This document shows positions 31,094 through 39,572 of a stretch of DNA of 43,438 nt, piece after piece. The stretch spans positions 1-43,438 of the IMG/VR virus record IMGVR_UViG_2703718829_000008; one strand, 5' to 3'. How positions within the stretch are numbered: position 1 is the stretch's first letter; every line of letters starts with the position of its first letter. The position numbers and the translations under genes are program-made. The notes under the pieces are model-generated. The model was not told where the DNA came from, did not search any database, and saw only the letters and a program-made list of their open reading frames with translations. Origin of the DNA: a virus. Taxonomy: Duplodnaviria; Heunggongvirae; Uroviricota; Caudoviricetes.

Positions 31094-31487
31094 GGCTTTC
31101 ACCATTAAAAAGTCGCTTGTAAGCATCAATGTCTCGTTTTGCTTCACCAAGCTTTCGTCTTAATTCCATGTTTTCTGATTCAAGCTTTTCCATGTCTTGT
31201 TGGTATCGATCGCGGTGTTCTTTCCATGCTTTTCGATACGCCTTCATGTATGTCGTATTGGCCTTTCTCTTTGCCTGACGAACTGCGTGGTGGTTTTTCA
31301 CAAACCAGTCAGGGTCGTTAAATGCTGCTCTGGCGCATGTATACCAATAATTTGTTGCCTCCCTGTTTAGCCAATAAATACTGATAAATGGCAACTGTAT
31401 CGACACCATTTTTCGTTGAGACTCTTTCTCGCCAAACATGTGCCCTTTTTTGATGCTAAGGCCAAATCCAGGTTGAATTAAAAGCAT
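31086..31487 (-). CDS. Hypothetical protein with C-terminal coiled coil
   Basis: Start at internal Met (MLLIQ) just after NinE stop; track ORF extends to 31529. Confidence 0.3.
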   Translation of the reverse strand: MLLIQPGFGLSIKKGHMFGEKESQRKMVSIQLPFISIYWLNREATNYWYTCARAAFNDPDWFVKNHHAVRQAKRKANTTYMKAYRKAWKEHRDRYQQDMEKLESENMELRRKLGEAKRDIDAYKRLFNGESHA

Positions 31488-31489
31488 TG

Positions 31490-31666
31490 TTATTTCCTCG
31501 CACGATGTCTTAGCCACCGGATATCCCACAAGTGAGCCGTGTAATTGAAGGTTTTTACGTCAGATTCTTTTGGGATTGGCTTGCGTTTATTTCTGGAGCG
31601 TTTCGTTGGAAGGTATTTGCAGTTTTCGCAGATGATGTCGGTGATACTTCGTCGCTGTCGTCTCAT
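31490..31666 (-). CDS. ninE: NinE-like protein
   Basis: Start at internal Met [18 protein letters not shown] (lambda NinE-like); ATGA overlap with the Dam-type gene stop. Confidence 0.6.
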   Translation of the reverse strand: MRRQRRSITDIICENCKYLPTKRSRNKRKPIPKESDVKTFNYTAHLWDIRWLRHRARK

Positions 31667-32190
31667 GCTGCCCTCCTGACGCCATGCCCGATCGCCATCA
31701 ATGCCGCTTTGGATACGGTAGTAAACATCCGTCGAGGACTGATGAACGGTCGCCAAATCAGCAGCATGGAGCCTTTGCTGTTTCCCTTCTTCTCCAGCCC
31801 TGTCGATGGTTCGATAAAATTAATCCGTCCATCAGTGATAATACGAACTTCGTCAACACTCTCCAGAGCCTTGCTGAACCATCCGACTGACATATCCTCT
31901 GGCACAAGCATCACTACCGTCTGTCGCTGTTGTATGCACTGCTCAGCGGCTTTTTCCACCCACGGCCTGATATTGCTGTACGGTGGGTTATTCCAGATTG
32001 CCCCGTGGCTTATCCACTCAGAATTTAGCGCGTCGTCGGCCTCAGTTAACCAGTGAGCGCACAGAGCATTTTTGTCGCTCGCTGCCGAATCCAGCCAGAA
32101 TCCAAACTCAATATCCAGTGCATCAAAAAGCCAAATCGGCGTTTGCCAGCAGTCCTTGTCGTGTGCTGGCGTATTTGATTTGATAGTCAT
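31663..32190 (-). CDS. Phage DNA N6-adenine methyltransferase (Dam family)
   Basis: 'AIWNNPPYS' NPPY catalytic motif; start at internal Met with ATGA overlap to NinB stop. Confidence 0.7.
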   Translation of the reverse strand: MTIKSNTPAHDKDCWQTPIWLFDALDIEFGFWLDSAASDKNALCAHWLTEADDALNSEWISHGAIWNNPPYSNIRPWVEKAAEQCIQQRQTVVMLVPEDMSVGWFSKALESVDEVRIITDGRINFIEPSTGLEKKGNSKGSMLLIWRPFISPRRMFTTVSKAALMAIGHGVRRAA

Positions 32191-32627
32191 GCAGCCCGAT
32201 CTCCCCATCTCGCTTTCCACTCCAGAGCCAGTCTCGCTTCGTCTGACCACTTAACGCCACGCTCTGTACCGAATGCCTGTATAAGCTCTAATAGCTCCGC
32301 AAATTCGCCTACACGCATCCTGCTGGTTGACTGGCCTATTACCACAAAGCCATTCCCGGCAAGGTTAGGGACAACGTCCTGCTGCTTTAAGGCTGCGGTA
32401 AACACACACTTCCAGCTTTCTGCATCCAGCCAGCGACCATGCCATTCAACCTGACGCGAGACGTCACCAAGGCAAGCCCAAAGCTTCCGATTTTGGTCTA
32501 AGCTGCGGTTGCGCTCCTGAATGGTTACTACGATTGGTTTGGTTGGGTCTGGAAGGATTTGCTGGATGGCTTGAATGGCGTTCTGCTGATGGATGGGGCT
32601 TCTTAGTTCAAACGTTAGTTTCCTCAT
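32187..32627 (-). CDS. ninB: NinB (Orf-family recombination mediator)
   Basis: 146 aa, near-identical to lambda NinB from memory (...ERNRSLDQNRKLWACLGDVSRQVEWHGRWLDAESWK...). Confidence 0.85.
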   Translation of the reverse strand: MRKLTFELRSPIHQQNAIQAIQQILPDPTKPIVVTIQERNRSLDQNRKLWACLGDVSRQVEWHGRWLDAESWKCVFTAALKQQDVVPNLAGNGFVVIGQSTSRMRVGEFAELLELIQAFGTERGVKWSDEARLALEWKARWGDRAA

Positions 32628-32844
32628 GGGATGAACTCCAGTGTGCGATGTTAAATTCCCATTTAATTACCTTTGCATACCCAATTTTGAACCCATCAAT
32701 ACCTATCCACCGCTTGCCACTCCAATAAGCTGTACCACTTTGCTTGAAATGATGTGGATGCTTAGATTGAGTGGTCACTGTTACAGGTAAATATGGCTTC
32801 GGGTATTCCCCATTCCCTGGATAACCAGATTTAATTCTGCTCAT
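32608..32844 (-). CDS. Hypothetical protein
   Basis: 78 aa ORF between membrane protein gene and ninB. Confidence 0.3.
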   Translation of the reverse strand: MSRIKSGYPGNGEYPKPYLPVTVTTQSKHPHHFKQSGTAYWSGKRWIGIDGFKIGYAKVIKWEFNIAHWSSSHEETNV

Positions 32845-33167
32845 TGATACCCTCTCTCACTTAATCTCCTCCACGCTTCGTTAAACTCATCTCTGGTTGC
32901 GCCGGATTTTCTTTCTTCAAACATCATGCATTCGCTGATGTCTCCCCATGACTTTGGTCGCTTTTCAGCGAACAGATCATCCCATTCAAATACCCAGCGG
33001 CCTGATTTTCGGTAGTGGTAAATGGTCAGCCATGTTGTGCTGTTCGCTGGATACCCATAGAGAATTTCGACTTTTTGATCACGGTCTTTATGCTTTTTCA
33101 GCAGGATAAAGCCAGCAACCAGCGAAGCTCCGGCAAGAATGATGATTGGTATTTGCCAGTCAGCCAC
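32841..33167 (-). CDS. Hypothetical membrane protein
   Basis: 108 aa; N-terminal TM segment IPIIILAGASLVAGFILL. Confidence 0.3.
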   Translation of the reverse strand: MADWQIPIIILAGASLVAGFILLKKHKDRDQKVEILYGYPANSTTWLTIYHYRKSGRWVFEWDDLFAEKRPKSWGDISECMMFEERKSGATRDEFNEAWRRLSERGYQ

Positions 33168-33242
33168 ACTTCCCTCTCCCCCAAATAAAAAGGCCTGCGA
33201 TTACCAGCAGGCCTGTTATTAGCTCAGTGATGTAGATGGTCA

Positions 33243-34694
33243 TCAGAATCCTCCTTTCTTCTTGGATTGCGGTTCCTCGCGTTCACGGCGGCGCATTTCA
33301 GCGGACTGTTGGTCTGTGTCATAAATAGCGCCATTTGCCTGAATGCAATACACCGTGCCGGTATTGCCATGACGATTGAGACGAAGGATTAGTTCGGTTT
33401 CACCAGGTGGAACACTGTCATCAAAAGCACCTTCACGATGGATCCCCACCCAATAATCGCAATCCTGTTCAATCTGCCCTGTATCTCGTGAGTCACTTGG
33501 TAATGGGCGTTTATTGGTTCGGCTTTCCAGTGCGCGGTTAAGCTGTGTCAGAAGCACAACAACGCAATCAAGCTCTTTGGCAAGGTTCTTCAGTCCTTTG
33601 GTGATCATGCCGTAAGCAAGGTCGTTACGATCGGCCTTTTCAGCGGTCATTAGTGTCAGGTAATCGACCAGAATCATGCCAACACATCCTTTTTCTCGCT
33701 TGATTCGACGGCTTTCGCTGACGATTTGAGCCAGAGATAATCCCGGCGTGTCGTCGATGTAAAGCAGGTCGATTTCACTCAAGCGATTGGCTGTTTCGAT
33801 CGCCCTGTTGAAGTCACCATCGTAATCACCCTGATAGCCGTCATCAGCGTCATTTGTCGCCGGAAGGTAAAAAATATTCGGGTTAACACCAGACTTCTGC
33901 CCTACCAGTTTTTCCAGTATCTGGTCACCTGGCATTTCAAGGCTGAACATAAGAGCAGGCTTTTTCTCATGCACTGCGCAGTTGATTGCCATCTGGCTGT
34001 ATAGCGTCGTTTTCCCCATCTTAGGGCGAGCGCCAATGACAAACAAAGAGCCTTTCACCAGACCTTTCGGTGACAGCATCCTGTCCAGCGATGGGATCCC
34101 TGTGCTCATTCCTCGTTGTTCGCCTGACGGGTCAAAACGCTTCTCAAGGTCGCTAACCCAGTCTTCCATGACCTCACCAAATGAGCGAAGTCCGCGACGC
34201 GATCCGGTTTTTGCATGGTCTGTCAGTTGCGTGAAAATCGCCTGAATAGCTTCGTACTTCTGCGTTGCAGTCATTCCGTTGCGGGAATAGAGCAATTCCG
34301 TCGCTTCAGTCATGCGGTTGATGGCGTAGCGTTCCATTGCGGTTTCACGAACCTGCATTGCATAGGCAACGATGTTTGCTGCGCTTGGCGTGTTCTTTGC
34401 GATCTCAGCGATATAAGCAAAACCGCCAACAGACGCCGTTAACGATTTACGCTCCAGTTCATCGAAAAGCGTCAGGCCATCTACTGGCTTTTGCTCCCGG
34501 TGCATTCTGGTTATTTCTTCGAAAAGGATTTTGTGTGGTCGGCTGTAAAATGAATCAGGCTTCAGCATCGCCAGAACTTTCTGGACGCGCTCACTGCTGT
34601 CATCATCCAGAAGCAATCCACCAATCACCGCCTGCTCTGCCTCGATGCTATGGGGCGGCGCATAAAAATTATCGGTCATCGTGTTCACCCTCAC
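33243..34694 (-). CDS. Replicative DNA helicase (DnaB-like)
   Basis: 483 aa; Walker A 'GARPKMGKT'; DnaB N-terminal 'PHSIEAEQAVIGGLL'. Confidence 0.8.
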   Translation of the reverse strand: MRVNTMTDNFYAPPHSIEAEQAVIGGLLLDDDSSERVQKVLAMLKPDSFYSRPHKILFEEITRMHREQKPVDGLTLFDELERKSLTASVGGFAYIAEIAKNTPSAANIVAYAMQVRETAMERYAINRMTEATELLYSRNGMTATQKYEAIQAIFTQLTDHAKTGSRRGLRSFGEVMEDWVSDLEKRFDPSGEQRGMSTGIPSLDRMLSPKGLVKGSLFVIGARPKMGKTTLYSQMAINCAVHEKKPALMFSLEMPGDQILEKLVGQKSGVNPNIFYLPATNDADDGYQGDYDGDFNRAIETANRLSEIDLLYIDDTPGLSLAQIVSESRRIKREKGCVGMILVDYLTLMTAEKADRNDLAYGMITKGLKNLAKELDCVVVLLTQLNRALESRTNKRPLPSDSRDTGQIEQDCDYWVGIHREGAFDDSVPPGETELILRLNRHGNTGTVYCIQANGAIYDTDQQSAEMRRREREEPQSKKKGGF

Positions 34695-35559
34695 GAACTT
34701 TCAGGTAGGTATTATCGTTAAGCAGGAAATCAAATCCCTTTTTGTGCCAGACGGTTCCGCGATGATGGTTTGGGCGCTCCTCGAACATCCATCGGCAATT
34801 TTCTCCTACGTAGCTCAAATAATTTCTCCAGTCCTGCATCGTGAACCCATGCCCGTCAAGCTGGCGGGTTATCACTCCGGCTTTGCGCCAGAACGTTCGG
34901 ATCTGGTTTTTACGCTTGTCATTCAGTGCGCGGATTCTTGGCGCTTCAGGAAGGATTTCGTGGTAAGCATCGACAACATCCTGACAGCTAACGGAAGGTT
35001 TTTTCTTGTCAGACTTTTTGTCTGCTGTGGCACTCTCTAATACGTCAGTATTAGAGATATTATTTATATTATTGTTTATGGACAACCGTTGGACAACCGT
35101 TGGACAATCTCCGCTGAGATCCGCGCCATTACTGGTGTTTGCGTTGGACAACCGTTGGACAACCGTTGGACAATTTTTTGCCTGAAAATCATCATATTTA
35201 ACGATTGTAAACAGGCTAAATCTCTTCCCCATCGAGCAAATATTAAGCATCCCTTTCGACTCAAAAGTCCGTAATAAGCTCCGAACTTTGTTGTCAGGGA
35301 TGAATGTTTCTCTGACCAGAGACGGGCGTCCAGTTATCATCTGACCGCGATCAACAGTTATCGGACCGATATCCGTATTGACGACAGTAGATTCGTGATT
35401 AGCCTTGAGGATTAAGTGAATCCAAAGATGTACTGCCTGAGAGTCCTTATAGAGCCTGCTGTCCATAAACTGGCGGTGTATAGAGACATACCCCATACTG
35501 GATGCCTCCTGATGTTGTACAGGGTTATGCCTGTAATCAGCTAACTTAACGACGCCCAT
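34669..35559 (-). CDS. Replication initiator (lambda O / P22 gp18-like) containing the origin
   Basis: 296 aa; encodes repeated CPTVVQRLS peptides from the iterons; directly upstream of the helicase. Confidence 0.6.
   Translation of the reverse strand: MGVVKLADYRHNPVQHQEASSMGYVSIHRQFMDSRLYKDSQAVHLWIHLILKANHESTVVNTDIGPITVDRGQMITGRPSLVRETFIPDNKVRSLLRTFESKGMLNICSMGKRFSLFTIVKYDDFQAKNCPTVVQRLSNANTSNGADLSGDCPTVVQRLSINNNINNISNTDVLESATADKKSDKKKPSVSCQDVVDAYHEILPEAPRIRALNDKRKNQIRTFWRKAGVITRQLDGHGFTMQDWRNYLSYVGENCRWMFEERPNHHRGTVWHKKGFDFLLNDNTYLKVREGEHDDR
35050..35174. repeat. Replication origin: two clusters of tandem 11-bp iterons (GGACAACCGTT) plus AT-rich segment
   Basis: Iterons at 35080-35108 and 35146-35174; AT-rich 35050-35079 on the O-downstream side, as in lambda ori. 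Confidence 0.6.
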
Positions 35560-35739
35560 GTTTCACTCCTGCTTTGGCTAGTCTGTAAACACCAACAAGG
35601 CGCTCTGCGAACGCCCTGTTATTTGCTGCGGCTACCACTAATCCCTCAGGTGAATCAGGGTGTCGAATCTCTTCTTTTTCCTGGTATTTCTTACGACGTT
35701 TTGTCATAATGACTCCTGTAGATTGATCCAGTAATGACC

Positions 35740-36036
35740 TCAGAACTCTATCTGGATTTGTTCAGAACGCTCGGTTGCCGCCGGGCGTTTTTTCTTTGTG
35801 ATTCCATCAAGCGCATACTTAAAAGCCCTGCTAATCGGACTGATGTCTGATGCCATTCCAAAAGCACACAGGACCGAAGCAATAAATCTCCAGTCCGTTC
35901 TGCTTATCTTCGATTCATGACAGCCAATCATCTTTGCCAGACCGCGCTGGGTAAGCGTTGACAGGTTGATAAGTAAATCTGTTTCTGCGCGATCAACGTC
36001 GCGCTGTGATAGTTTGCTGTAACTTGTTTGTTCCAT
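35740..36036 (-). CDS. cII: CII-like transcriptional activator
   Basis: 98 aa; C-terminus KKKRPAATERSEQIQIEF matches lambda CII; HTH present. Confidence 0.8.
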   Translation of the reverse strand: MEQTSYSKLSQRDVDRAETDLLINLSTLTQRGLAKMIGCHESKISRTDWRFIASVLCAFGMASDISPISRAFKYALDGITKKKRPAATERSEQIQIEF

Positions 36037-36100
36037 TTCTTACTATTTCCATAGGTAAATAATCACTAATACTCATCTTTCGATGAGTGATTAATTAGTT

Positions 36101-36135
36101 ACCGCGTTGTCGGCGGTGCAGATTGATAAAGAGCG
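36101..36135 (-). promoter_or_regulatory. nutR candidate (boxA + boxB hairpin)
   Basis: On the - strand boxA CGCTCTTTATC, then hairpin ACCGC-CGACAAC-GCGGT just downstream of cro. Confidence 0.45.
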
Positions 36136-36142
36136 ATGTTAC

Positions 36143-36370
36143 TTATGCAGCCAGAAGGTTCTTTTTGCTTATTTCAAGCATTTCGCTTGCTTGATATTTG
36201 CCACCAGAAATCTCTTCGATTTTTGATGCGTATTTAGTTTTCCCAAAAAACTCAGTCTTAGGGAGGAAGCCGTTTTTGAGCCACTTATAGACAGCCCTTT
36301 CGCTAACTCCACAAGCCTTCGCAACTTCAGGGATGCCGACACCTTTAATCGGCTCATCAAGATTTTGCAT
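36143..36370 (-). CDS. cro: Cro-like repressor
   Basis: Start at internal Met MQNLDEP with SD AGGA; HTH 'GIPEVAKACGVSERAVYKWLK'; divergent from cI. Confidence 0.6.
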   Translation of the reverse strand: MQNLDEPIKGVGIPEVAKACGVSERAVYKWLKNGFLPKTEFFGKTKYASKIEEISGGKYQASEMLEISKKNLLAA

Positions 36371-36448
36371 AGGAATATCCTTTTTCGTACTTTCAGTACG
36401 CATTATGATTGAACTGAAAGTTTTTGCAAGTGCTTTAGTATCGTACTC
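36371..36448. promoter_or_regulatory. OR operator / PR-PRM divergent promoter region
   Basis: Inverted repeats CGTAC-TTTCA-GTACG (36386-36400) and ACTTTCAGT/ACTGAAAGT; cI ATG has no SD, suggesting leaderless mRNA. Confidence 0.5.
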
Positions 36449-37156
36449 ATGGTTCAGAATGAAAAAGTGCGCAAAGAATTCGCCCAGCGGCTAGCGCAAG
36501 CCTGTAAAGAAGCTGGTCTTGATGAACATGGTAGGGGGATGGCCATAGCCCGTGCCCTTTCTCTTTCGTCCAAAGGCGTTAGCAAATGGTTTAATGCTGA
36601 GTCTTTACCGCGTCAGGAAAAAATGAATGCGCTTGCGAAATTTCTAAACGTTGATGTTGTTTGGCTTCAGCACGGCACTTCGTTAAATGGAGCGAATGAT
36701 GAAGATACTCTTTCATTTGTTGGCAAATTAAAAAAAGGGTTAGTGCGCGTGGTTGGTGAGGCAATTCTTGGTGTTGATGGTGCCATCGAGATGACCGAAG
36801 AGCGCGATGGGTGGCTCAAAATTTATAGCGATGATCCAGATGCCTTTGGTCTTCGTGTGAAAGGAGACAGCATGTGGCCCAGAATAAAATCAGGAGAATA
36901 TGTACTCATTGAGCCTAACACCAAAGTATTCCCGGGTGATGAGGTGTTTGTCAGAACCGTTGAAGGACACAACATGATTAAGGTTCTTGGCTATGACAGA
37001 GATGGAGAATACCAGTTTACAAGCATCAACCAGGACCACAGACCAATAACGTTGCCTTATCATCAAGTAGCAAAGGTGGAGTATGTGGCTGGTATTCTGA
37101 AGCAGTCCCGCCATCTGGATGACATCGAGGCAAGGGAGTGGCTGAGAGATTCCTGA
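36449..37156 (+). CDS. cI: CI-type repressor (HTH + S24 LexA-like autopeptidase domain)
   Basis: 235 aa; N-terminal HTH, C-terminal 'RVKGDSMWPRIKSGEYVLIEP' S24 peptidase motif. Confidence 0.85.
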   Translation: MVQNEKVRKEFAQRLAQACKEAGLDEHGRGMAIARALSLSSKGVSKWFNAESLPRQEKMNALAKFLNVDVVWLQHGTSLNGANDEDTLSFVGKLKKGLVRVVGEAILGVDGAIEMTEERDGWLKIYSDDPDAFGLRVKGDSMWPRIKSGEYVLIEPNTKVFPGDEVFVRTVEGHNMIKVLGYDRDGEYQFTSINQDHRPITLPYHQVAKVEYVAGILKQSRHLDDIEAREWLRDS

Positions 37157-37262
37157 CATCAGAGTCATAGAGTGAGTTTTCTAGTTAGAAATAGTGGTCA
37201 ATGGGTACGCTTAGGTAAACCGTTTAAACATAATAAACAAGCCATATAAGATGAAATAAATC

Positions 37263-37640
37263 ATGAGCGATAAAGAGTTTAAAGTACTTGATTTTGATGA
37301 TTTTGCTCATTATTTGAGCACGTTGAACGGCGAACAAATTTGTCCAATGTGTATGGAAGAATCATGGACGCTTTTCGCCCCAAACAAGCTTCCTCCAGAA
37401 GACGAGGATAGGTATGTAATAAGTTCTATCCCAGGATCACTTATTTCAAGTAAAAAACCTGAAAAATCAAATCTCTTCTTCAGAAGTTACAACAACGATG
37501 TCCTCCTGATGCAATGCAGAAATTGTGGATACATGGCATTTTTTAATTATAAAAAAGTCCAAGAAAACCTTGAATCAGGGGATTATATAAAAAAAGAAGA
37601 TATAGATATGGTGGATGAAAATGACAAATCAGAAGACTGA
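37263..37640 (+). CDS. Hypothetical Zn-ribbon protein in the rexA slot
   Basis: 125 aa; CPMC...CRNC Cys4; acidic C-terminus; AT-rich; same strand as cI. Confidence 0.5.
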   Translation: MSDKEFKVLDFDDFAHYLSTLNGEQICPMCMEESWTLFAPNKLPPEDEDRYVISSIPGSLISSKKPEKSNLFFRSYNNDVLLMQCRNCGYMAFFNYKKVQENLESGDYIKKEDIDMVDENDKSED

Positions 37641-38100
37641 TTTCTTCCGTCCAATGGAGTATGATAATAACTATGAGCAATTTGGTGTTATAGAAGCACA
37701 CAGGAATGGTCGTTCTACTCCGTCATATCAGCCAGGCACCATTGGTAAGGATATCCCGGTTATTATTGCGCATAAGTTAAGCGATCAACCAGCAGGGGGT
37801 GAGCCACAGATGAGCGTAAAATCACTGTCACGTTGGGAGTTTTGGCTAGGGATTTTCACTGCCATTATTGGGATATTTTCCATTGTTGTAGGAGCAACGT
37901 GGACAATTTCTAATAATATCAATGATAAGATTAATGCATCAAGACAAGAGCTAACTGGGAACATCCAATCCAGTCGAGCAGAAATCACGGCAAGAATTGA
38001 CAGGCTCGAAGATAAGATGGAGTCTAATTTCAAAGAAACATCATCGAATCTGTTCAAAATACAGGCAATTCTAGAAGCAAAATCCGACAAAGAAAAATAA
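37615..38100 (+). CDS. Hypothetical single-pass membrane protein with C-terminal coiled coil in the rexB slot
   Basis: 161 aa (alternative ATG at 37621 with SD GGTGGA); TM helix WEFWLGIFTAIIGIFSIVVGATWTI; overlaps upstream gene. Confidence 0.5.
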   Translation: MKMTNQKTDFFRPMEYDNNYEQFGVIEAHRNGRSTPSYQPGTIGKDIPVIIAHKLSDQPAGGEPQMSVKSLSRWEFWLGIFTAIIGIFSIVVGATWTISNNINDKINASRQELTGNIQSSRAEITARIDRLEDKMESNFKETSSNLFKIQAILEAKSDKEK

Positions 38101-38106
38101 GAAAGT

Positions 38107-38131
38107 CCGGCCTCAGCGCCGGGTTTTCTTT
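38107..38131 (+). terminator. Rho-independent terminator of the cI immunity transcript
   Basis: CCGGC-CTCAGC-GCCGG followed by GTTTTCTTT, 6 nt after the stop of the membrane protein gene. Confidence 0.55.
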
Positions 38132-38331
38132 GCCTCACGATCCCCACCCCTAATAACACCTTAAGCAATTGTATTTATTGAAAAATTGATAAATACAACT
38201 TGCTAAACCACGCAATTCTGATCCCTTCCCCATCACCTCCATCCGCAACATTTACAAAAATAAATTTCCTTATATATCAAAATCATATTTCGTAGAGTTA
38301 ATAAATCACAAATAATTCGTACCAATAGTTC

Positions 38332-38360
38332 TTGATAAGATCGAACTATTGGTTCATTAT
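38332..38360 (+). promoter_or_regulatory. Candidate PL promoter with flanking operator-like inverted repeat
   Basis: -35 TTGATA, 17-bp spacer, -10 CATTAT; flanked by ACCAATAGTTC (38321-38331)/GAACTATTGGT (38343-38353); TTCGTA motifs shared with OR. Confidence 0.35.
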
Positions 38361-38407
38361 TATCGCCATCAGCAGGAAGCTGGAAGCCAAACGGAGCAGA
38401 TTGGCAG

Positions 38408-38441
38408 GCTCTTTAACTTCGATGGGGCGCTGACAAAGCGC
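38408..38441 (+). promoter_or_regulatory. nutL candidate (boxA GCTCTTTAA, boxB GCGCU-GACAA-AGCGC)
   Basis: boxA 38408-38416, boxB hairpin 38427-38441 with 5-nt purine-rich loop, about 120 nt upstream of N. Confidence 0.55.
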
Positions 38442-38560
38442 AAACAGATACCAAACGAGATGGGTTTGGCGGTGATGTGAATTGCAGCTGCAACGACAGC
38501 AACCAGAAGACCAGCATCTGGCGCATCACCACCAAAGCCATTTCACATGAGGAAAACATC

Positions 38561-38896
38561 ATGACGGTAATCGTGTACGGAAAATCAACATTTGCAGGAA
38601 ATGCCAAAACTCGCCGTCATGAGCGGCGCAGAAAGCTGGCTATTGAGCGTGATGCTATCTGTAACATCATCGATTCGATCTTCGGCACAGACAGTGAGGA
38701 ACCTGTTCAGGAAGCCCCGAGAAAACGTTTAAGCCTTTCTGAAAAAGCAATATCACTCGGAAGCCTTCGCTGCAAGAAGGCAGAAGAAGTCGAGCGTAAA
38801 CAGAACCGTATTTACTACCGCAAGCCACGCAGCGAAATGGGTGTGACTTGTGTTGGTCGCCAGAAAATGAAATTAGGCAGCAAACCACTTATTTGA
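38561..38896 (+). CDS. N: N-type transcription antiterminator
   Basis: Start at ATG with SD GAGGA; Arg-rich motif KTRRHERRRK; C-terminus 'YYRKPRSEMGVTCVGRQKMKLGSKPLI' resembles lambda N. Confidence 0.75.
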   Translation: MTVIVYGKSTFAGNAKTRRHERRRKLAIERDAICNIIDSIFGTDSEEPVQEAPRKRLSLSEKAISLGSLRCKKAEEVERKQNRIYYRKPRSEMGVTCVGRQKMKLGSKPLI

Positions 38897-38974
38897 GGTG
38901 ATATATGGAAGAAGAATTTGAAGAGTTCGAAGAGCATCCTCAGGATGTGATGGAACAATACCAGGACTATCCGT

Positions 38975-39154
38975 ATGACTACGACTATTGATACAAATCA
39001 ATGGTGTGGACAATTCAAGCGATGCAATGGATGCAAACTGCAATCGGAATGCATGGTTAAGCCTGAAGAAATGCTTCCTGTAATGGAGGATGGGAAATAT
39101 GTCGATAAATGGGCAATACGAACGACGGCAATGATTGCCAGAGAACTTGGTTAA
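38975..39154 (+). CDS. ral: Ral-like restriction alleviation protein (59 aa, below track cutoff)
   Basis: Hand translation MTTTIDTNQWCGQFKRCNGCKLQSECMVKPEEMLPVMEDGKYVDKWAIRTTAMIARELG matches lambda Ral as I recall it. Confidence 0.55.
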   Translation: MTTTIDTNQWCGQFKRCNGCKLQSECMVKPEEMLPVMEDGKYVDKWAIRTTAMIARELG

Positions 39155-39311
39155 CAGAACAACAAAGCTGCCTGATAGTGGCCTTTATTTTTGGCACAAA
39201 CAACAGAATAAACACTGCACTGTGTATTCATTCCAACGAGTGAATACACGGAGCAATGTCGCTCGTAACTAAACAGGAGCCGACTTGTTCTGATTATTGG
39301 AAATCTTCTTT

Positions 39312-39336
39312 GCCCTCCAGTGTGAGGGCCTTTTTA
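39312..39336 (+). terminator. Rho-independent terminator within the PL operon (tL-like)
   Basis: GCCCTC-CAGTGT-GAGGGC followed by CTTTTTAT. Confidence 0.5.
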
Positions 39337-39401
39337 TATGCATATCAATAACGCTTCACTTGAGGCGTTTTCGTTATGCAATCAAACAGAAGGAGCATCC
39401 T

Positions 39402-39572
39402 ATGCAACAGTTCGCTATTGCAGGGGCGGCATCGGTTCGCCCTTTCAACCCGATTTTATCGGTACAGCATTCACGAAAAAATATTTTAACCGGAGCAGAC
39501 TTTAAACAACCAAGAATGAAAAGTTTGCTCGAAAAGCTTTGGGATATTTTGAAACAACAAGGCCGTCCATGA
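39402..39572 (+). CDS. CIII-like protein
   Basis: 56 aa from internal ATG with SD GGAG; 'MQQFAIAG...' and '...LWDILKQQGRP' resemble lambda CIII ends. Confidence 0.45.
   Translation: MQQFAIAGAASVRPFNPILSVQHSRKNILTGADFKQPRMKSLLEKLWDILKQQGRP

Noticed and set aside
35080-35174. Tandem short repeats that might suggest a CRISPR array
   Set aside because: Only two small clusters of 11-bp units inside a coding region with no spacer-sized unique segments and no cas genes; they fit replication-origin iterons.
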